The position numbers and the translations under genes are program-made. 64,000 nt of DNA from Octopus bimaculoides (taxonomy: Eukaryota), in contig NC_068983.1 in NCBI RefSeq assembly GCF_001194135.2, positions 68,552,950 through 68,616,949 of the forward strand, given 5' to 3'. The notes beneath the pieces are model-generated. The model was not told where the DNA came from. It saw nothing but the letters and a program-made list of their open reading frames with translations, and ran no database searches. Shown here one piece after another: positions 13,116 through 64,000 of this stretch. The stretch's first letter is position 1; every line of letters begins with the position of its first letter.

Positions 13116-13312
13116 AACAGAAACCAAACGAAAATCCAGCCAAACAGTTTAGAATACAGCAACGGCACTCACTGCGTCTTGTCAGAACGGTTTTCGGGCT
13201 AGGATTTAACTTTTGCAGGGATAGAAACATTGACTTTTGTCAATTGATTGTTGACTTAACTTATCATCATCAACAGAATAAACAATAACATTATTACCGC
13301 CAACAAGTGGCT

Positions 13313-57594
<44,282 letters not shown>

Positions 57595-57725
57595 AGCTTA
57601 ACTAACATTGTTAAGTGATGCTTCTACTTTACACAGAAACCAGCAACAATTTGTTAGACACTGTTCTGTTGTTGCTAACTTCAAAATTTTCAAATACCAT
57701 TCTTCTGTTGATGATTTAAGGGTGT

Positions 57726-57731
57726 AATAAA
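57726..57731 (+). terminator. Candidate polyadenylation signal AATAAA (another at 58061-58066)
   Basis: Hexamer 132 nt after the stop codon; usage not demonstrated. Confidence 0.4.
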
Positions 57732-58074
57732 GAACATCAGATAAATAGTGTTCCTTATCTTTTCCCTAATGCTCCAGGGATGACTATTGCTTAAAATTGA
57801 GAATGAAACCTCAGGCGTCACACTTCATCCATGTATTTTTTGTTCAGTCATAGATTGCTCATTTTTACATTTGTTTTTCCATGCTTGCATGTTATTGCAA
57901 CATTGGTTTACAGCCAAATGCCTTTCCTGATACTAACCTTTACTTGTTTTTGAAATAATAATACCTGTTTTATTCCACATGGTTTTGAAAGCATGAAGTG
58001 GACAGTTGATTTAACAGAATGGAAACAAACACAAAAGACACGTGAATACACACACTCATAAATAAATGCCTATG

Positions 58075-58775
58075 TGTTTTGCCTTCTCTAATTGTAGAGG
58101 AAACATGGGGAAGGGGTAGACCCTGGAAGACGTGGGACGAAGTGGTGAGAAAGGATCTACAAACGTTGGGACTCACAGAGGGGATGACAGAGGACCGAGA
58201 CTCCTGGCAGTTTGCTGTGCTTGAAAAGACATGTCAAGTTAAGTACAAGCGTGGTTGCCTTTGCATACAGGCTGGTCCATTGCAACCCTCTCCAGCTGAG
58301 CATCCCTAATTTTGCAGGCTTGTAAGTGCTGGTGCTGCATAAAAGGCACCCAGTTGCAGAAACCATGTCAAAACAGACATGGAGCTTGAACAGCCCTTCA
58401 AATGGTCAGCTCCTATCAATGCATTCCCCATGCCAGCATGGAAAATGGACATTAAATGATGATGGTGATGATTATACACCACTTGGCATAAGGCCACCCC
58501 ACTCTCAAACACAACCCCCAAACATACATAGCCAAGGGAGCTTTTTCTTTCTTTTTTTTTAACCTGTTTTACAAGTTATTTGGCAACTTCATTAGTGCCA
58601 GTGGCTCAAAAAAAGGCATCCAGTACGTTTTGTAAAGCGGTTGGCTTTAGGAAGGGCATCCAGCTGTAGAAACCATGCCAAAGCTGACATCAGCTCAACA
58701 GTCCTGCAGCTTATTAGATCCTGTGAAATCGTCCGACCCATGCCAGCATAGAAAACAAATGCAAAGTGATATGCC
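58075..58775 (+). mobile_element. RTE C-terminal/3'-UTR fragments (58075-58470 and 58590-58775)
   Basis: GRGRPWKTWDEVVRKDL..DRDSW motif, then family 3' UTR. Confidence 0.8.
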
Positions 58776-60573
58776 AGGCCTCTTTTCAGTTTCCATCTAC
58801 AAAATCCCAAAATCCACTCAAGACTTTGGTTGGTCCAGAAGACATTTACCCAAGGTAGGTGCCATGCAGTGAGGTTTGAACTCAAAACCATGTGGTTCAG
58901 AACTGAACTTCTGAAGCACAGCCATACCTGCAACTATTTTGATGACTTGGATTATTTCTTTTATTATAACATATGAATCTTAAAACTGATCCATCTGAGA
59001 CTGGATAAGAAATGCTTCAGTCATGGATGTGATGCAAGCATCAACCTGGATCTATAAGGAGTCAAGTCTGATTTGTAAAGCAAGGTAGAGAAGACTATAG
59101 CTTGATACATACACAACAATATTTATTTGTCTTCAAAGTAAGGCCTCTCACATTTCAGATAAAGTACTGCAATTTACCAAAGGAGGCAATTGCTTAGGAT
59201 AATATATTCATGAGATCATCATCCAGGGAAATTTGCATTTTTCTACTACCCATGTAAAGGTAAAGATTTTAAATTGAATTATAAATTCATGGTAAACTTT
59301 TTGCTAATATGGAAGAGCAGGCATGTTCCTTAGGTTTTTGAAGATGCTTCCATCAGAAAACTAAAGCAATAAAGTAATTTCTGGTAATCCCAGTGGTATT
59401 TCCCTTTCTATTATTGTTAGTAAATTTCTGGTTTGTCCTATTCTACCTAAACAAACTCATTACTCAAGTAAGCCCGGCATGACTTTAAGCTAGATAAAGA
59501 AAGAAATATTTTGGCATTTCCTTTGGATCAGGTTACAGAAAAAAGTATGAGAGATATCAGGATACATTGTTTTTGTTGACCTTACCAAGACTTTTGATAA
59601 AGTAACAACAGCAGGAGGCTCAAAGGAAAAAAAACCTGATAACATGCCAAATGTGATTATTTCCCTTTGTAAAGGTATGAAGGCTGCAGTTATGACAGCA
59701 ACAAAATCCTTTGGAGGCAGTAACGGCACCAAATAAAGTTGACTTGGTTTCTGAACTTTTTTCTCAACAATTTGTTTCTCATATTAATGGAGGATTTTTT
59801 TTTCAATTAGCAGAATTTCAAAGCGAATTACATTACAAACGGGATAAATTTGATTCTCAACATGCTAATTACTGCTGATGCAGCAATCATGGGAACATCT
59901 TTTGATAGTTCTCAGTTGTATAGCATTTCTCACATAATGTTAAAACCTTTGCTTTCATCATAAGATCAAATACTATAAGGCATTCTGTCTGTTGTAATGA
60001 CTGTGAACACCCCTGGTTTGATTATCATCTGATGATCTCACCAACACTCTTTTCAAGTGTAGAATTTAGGGTTTGTACAATGAAAGGTAGATCTGGATTG
60101 ATTGTAGAGATTCTAGAGCCAGACACCCTATATTCTCAAGAAAACAGACTAGCAAAATTATAAATAATGTCAGGTTTAGGCTCAGAAGGTATACAAGCTA
60201 AAAGATTATTGTAACTTCCAAGAAGTATTGTGTAATAGAGAGAAGGAGATAATGGACTGGAATATGGAAGACAACTGGATTTTCCTCTGAGTCACAAACC
60301 AGATTTGTATGTAGAACAAGCTGACAATGGTACAATAACAGAGCCATAAAAGAGACAGGCATGGAAAGAGTGAGAGAAAAGTAAGGAGCATGAGACATCA
60401 GGTTGCTACAAGAAAAGGTAGACCTCGTGTATATCTAGAAGTCTGTCAATGTTTTGTGTTTATGAGGAGCAGTGGAGTAAGGTGTTTAAAGAAAGAACTT
60501 AAATGTGGAATCGAGGTCTAAAAGATTTTGTAATAGCTAGCAGTAAAAATACCAAAGAAATGAAGTCTTGCAA

Positions 60574-60912
60574 TCATCATCATCATCGTTTAACGTCCCC
60601 TTTCCATGCTAGCATGGGTTGGACGATTTGACTGAGGACTGGTGAAACCAGATGGCTACACCAGGCTCCAATCTGATTTGGCAGAGTTTCTACAGCTGGA
60701 TGCCGTTCCTAATGCCAACCACTCCGAGAGTGTATTGAGTGCTTTAACGTGCCACCAGCACGACGGCCAGTCAGGCGGTACTGGCAACGACCACTCTCAA
60801 AATGGTGTATTTTACGTGCCACCTGCACAGGAGCCAGTCCAGCGGCACTGGCAACGATCTCGCTCAAATGTCTTTACAAGTGTCAGGAAGGCGACGCTGG
60901 GCACAGGTGCCA
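60574..60912 (-). mobile_element. Young-looking RTE 3'-UTR copy inside an older decayed LINE (about 60150-61330, + strand)
   Basis: Family tail sequence; the flank translates ..PWSVLKKSGVDECLMKAV.., which is RTE-like. Confidence 0.7.
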
Positions 60913-61389
60913 TAATGATTAAGGACATTGAGAAATTACCTTCAAATGGAGCCAGCTATCAAGTTTAGTTTCAATAAAGTTGTTAGGAAAAGGAAGGCAG
61001 AGAAAGCAAAAAGTTCATCAGGAATAGTGGAGGCAGTTAGAGAGGCCTGATACTGATGAAACATGTCTTGATTGTAGTTGAAAGTTTTAATGAAGTTAAT
61101 TTAGAAGACAGATTAGATAAGCTGCAGTTTGGGGTGTGTATCATGATGTATAACCACAAGTACCACATTTCAAGTAAAACAGCTGCAAGAGAAATTCTTC
61201 ACTCAAAACAATCCACTCATGGTACCCTGGTCTGTGCTAAAGAAATCAGGTGTAGATGAATGTCTTATGAAAGCTGTTACGTACTGGGGTGATGTTAATG
61301 AGTCTACAAAACAAGTTTTCAGTACTTGGAAACTTAAATTGAAGTCTTGGTTCTCATGGCAGAAACTTTTTGAGAAAAGTTCCAAATTA

Positions 61390-61730
61390 CATGGTTCTGG
61401 GTTCAGTCCCACTGCGTGGCACCTTGGGCAAGTGTCTTCTACTATAGCCTCAGGCCGACCAAAGCCTTGTGAGTGGATTTGGTAGATGGAAACTGAAAGA
61501 AGCCCGTCGTATATATGTATATGTATATATATGTGTGTCTGTGTTTGTCTCCCCAACATCGCTTGACAACCGATGCTGGTGTTTATGCCCCGTAACTTAG
61601 CGGTTCAGCAAAAGAAATCGATAAAATAAGTACTAGGCTTACAAAGAATAAGTCCTGGGGTTGATTTGCTTGACTAAAGGCGGTGCTCCAGCATGGCCGC
61701 AGTCAAATAATTGAAACAAGTAAAAGAGTA
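61390..61730 (+). mobile_element. SINE family copy (related pieces at 33480-33720 on +, 25810-25930 on -, 58775-58930 on -)
   Basis: catggttctgggttcagtcccactgcgtggcaccttgggcaagtgtcttctactatagcc.. Confidence 0.75.
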
Positions 61731-64000
61731 AACTTGTAAGTTAAGGAGCCAAACGTGGAAAGCCTAAAGTGCCAGAGAGAGCATGAAATCCTTGTTCAAT
61801 ATGTATTTTAGGGACTTGATACTCTATTCTCAGGGTCAGCAATGGTGAGGAGAGCTCTTGGGCAAGATTACAGAGAACCAGGATTCAAGATGTGATAGAT
61901 GCACAAGAGCAGTAGTCTCTAGGCATTGGTACACTGGGCAATTGCTCAGCAGGTATAGAATCCCAGTGCTGATCTATGTGTGCTGTGATGTGTTATCAGA
62001 AGAAGAAATACTACAGGCTCCATTACCTAGTGAAGAGGCCAATAACAGGGTTAGTCAGAACAGTAAATTCATGAACTGCTCACATTTACCACTAGATATA
62101 ATTTTGACTTGTGATCTAGATATAAGGAAAGCTTAAGAATAAGGAAGGGCTACAAGAAGTTGTTAGCATTTTTGATGAAAAAAAGTTTCTCTGTATACAA
62201 ATTTTATGTTTAATCTGTGTTCCAGACAAATGTAAGTTTTTTTTTTCCCCCAAAACTTATGGAACAATGAACAGCTTCATCCACTGATGATTTGTAGTTA
62301 TCAAATACATCTTTTTTCTTTGTGTGAAAAACCAACTTTACAGGGTCAGTCTTGGTGCACTTAGGTACATGTTATTCAAATATCTGTTTGCATGCATGAC
62401 TGACACACAAAATGTTGGAGGTGAGGTCAAAATATCAACTTCAAAAGCTGATGTCTTCAACTAGTTTTTGTTTAAAACAATTTTAAAATATTATATTTTC
62501 TTTATTTTTTGTTATATTTTTTAATGGCAAAAATAATACAATCTAACAAATTCTTGCACTGCACTAGATAAAAGAGCTTATATATAAGGAATTTATTTGA
62601 CTGAACTGACCACTATACAAACGATAACCTAACCACTGCAGATGGTTTGTCAAAGAACAGGCTATTTGACTCCATAGTTACGGTTTTGATGAAAGCTGGA
62701 AACTCTCATCTTTATAGAATGGAATAGTTAAGTAGACAACAAACAAGAGAGGGCTAAATGGATAGAGGTTCTTACTGATTAACCAACCAAGTGATTGGTA
62801 GTTCATATCCTGTCACTGGTGTTGTGCTGTGTCTATTGTGAAAACAATTTTTTTACAATGAACTGGTTCACTAAGCTGTACAGTTATGTCACAGGCCAAA
62901 ATAATTTATTGTTGTGCTGAATTCACTTCCAACTGTACAAAAAAGTTGTCTATGATAAATAACCAAATGAATATTCATTTTTCCTCATCTTTTTAATACC
63001 TTGGAAACTGGAGATAAATACCAACTTACTAGACAAGAGACATAAATATTAACTCAGTGGACAGGGGAATCTTTAAAAGGAAGTAATAAATAATTATATC
63101 AAATAGTTTCCCTGACCTCAAGTATATTATAACATGACGTCACAATGATACTAACAGGATTTGAACTCAGAAATATTCAACATAATATCTGAAACAGGCA
63201 TTCTAAAATAATTAGTCAGATCTTTTAACCTCAACACCAGTCACTGCATATTTCACACAGATCCAAGTGAGGACTATTTGGACAATTATACTGAAGTGAA
63301 TGGAAAATTTCTCTTCAGTTTTGTGTATAATCATATTTAACACCAAATGATACTCTGATTACCAGAATGAAATGATTGGGTGAAGCCTTTTGGACACTGG
63401 AAATTTGGCATGAATAATTGGACAAAGAACCTGTTTTGGTGACAGTATTTTTTTGGCACTGGAGGTAAACACATATATGTACATGCACAAATATACAGAT
63501 ATGGAGAGAGAAACATTACAAGTTATTAATTGAACACAAATGACATAAACTTGCCCTTTCTTCATATACATAGAGAAATTTGCTCACACACATAGGCAAG
63601 AGGGAAAGAATAAGAGAAACCTTAAAACTTCTGATGTTAAATCAGCAACACCAAATAGGCAGTGCCAAAATATTTCATACATTCTGATTACAAAATGAAT
63701 GTTTGATAGTAGTATTTAGTTTTATTACTCTATGATCTGAGCTGAAATTTTACTAGGATCAATCTGCTTTGCTTTGGGCCCTCAACTCTTTTATGGAGTC
63801 TTGCAGATGCCATTATGACCTTTGGCATGTCTTGGGTATTAAAGGTTAATTTACATCATGCCAGCTACAATAATAAAATGGAATTGGAAAAGGTTTATTT
63901 AGTTGGCCAGTTATCTATTTCACCTATATGAAAGAGAAGGCCTCTAAATGGTCATTCAGCCTGTTAGAAATAACAACCAAACTATGAAGACAGTTGATAA

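Noticed and set aside
62150-64000. Possible neighbouring gene at the right end
   Set aside because: No exon with convincing splice sites and protein-like translation was found on either strand.

Overview
Eukaryotic, AT-rich, repeat-dense genomic DNA containing four N-gaps. The repeat families and intron style look like a coleoid cephalopod, probably Octopus; this is an inference and was not checked by a search. One protein-coding gene can be assembled by hand on the + strand: 23 GT-AG coding exons from 13313 to 57594 (3054 nt, 1017 aa plus stop, all splice phases consistent). It encodes an M16 (insulinase/pitrilysin) zinc metallopeptidase of the poorly characterised M16C 'C05D11.1-like' type, with an intact HTLEH motif. 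Almost all other entries in the ORF track are spurious or are transposon fragments. The remainder is a layered mobile-element landscape: a complete non-autonomous Ty3/Gypsy mini-element (two LTRs, tRNA-Trp PBS, PPT, AATA TSD) inserted into an RTE LINE; a decayed Chapaev3-type transposon; two full-length non-autonomous Helitrons plus a RepHel fragment; many RTE LINE 3' ends in both orientations; an R4/Dong-like fragment in a (TAA)n tract; mariner and piggyBac MITEs; and several SINE families. The best leads are intronic dsRNA structures (a 92-bp fold-back in intron 20, and an inverted RTE pair bracketing in-frame exons 11-12), a dense CLEAR/CRE/UPRE motif cluster in intron 1, and the mini LTR element with a duplicated PBS. 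I found no clearly new multi-gene system.
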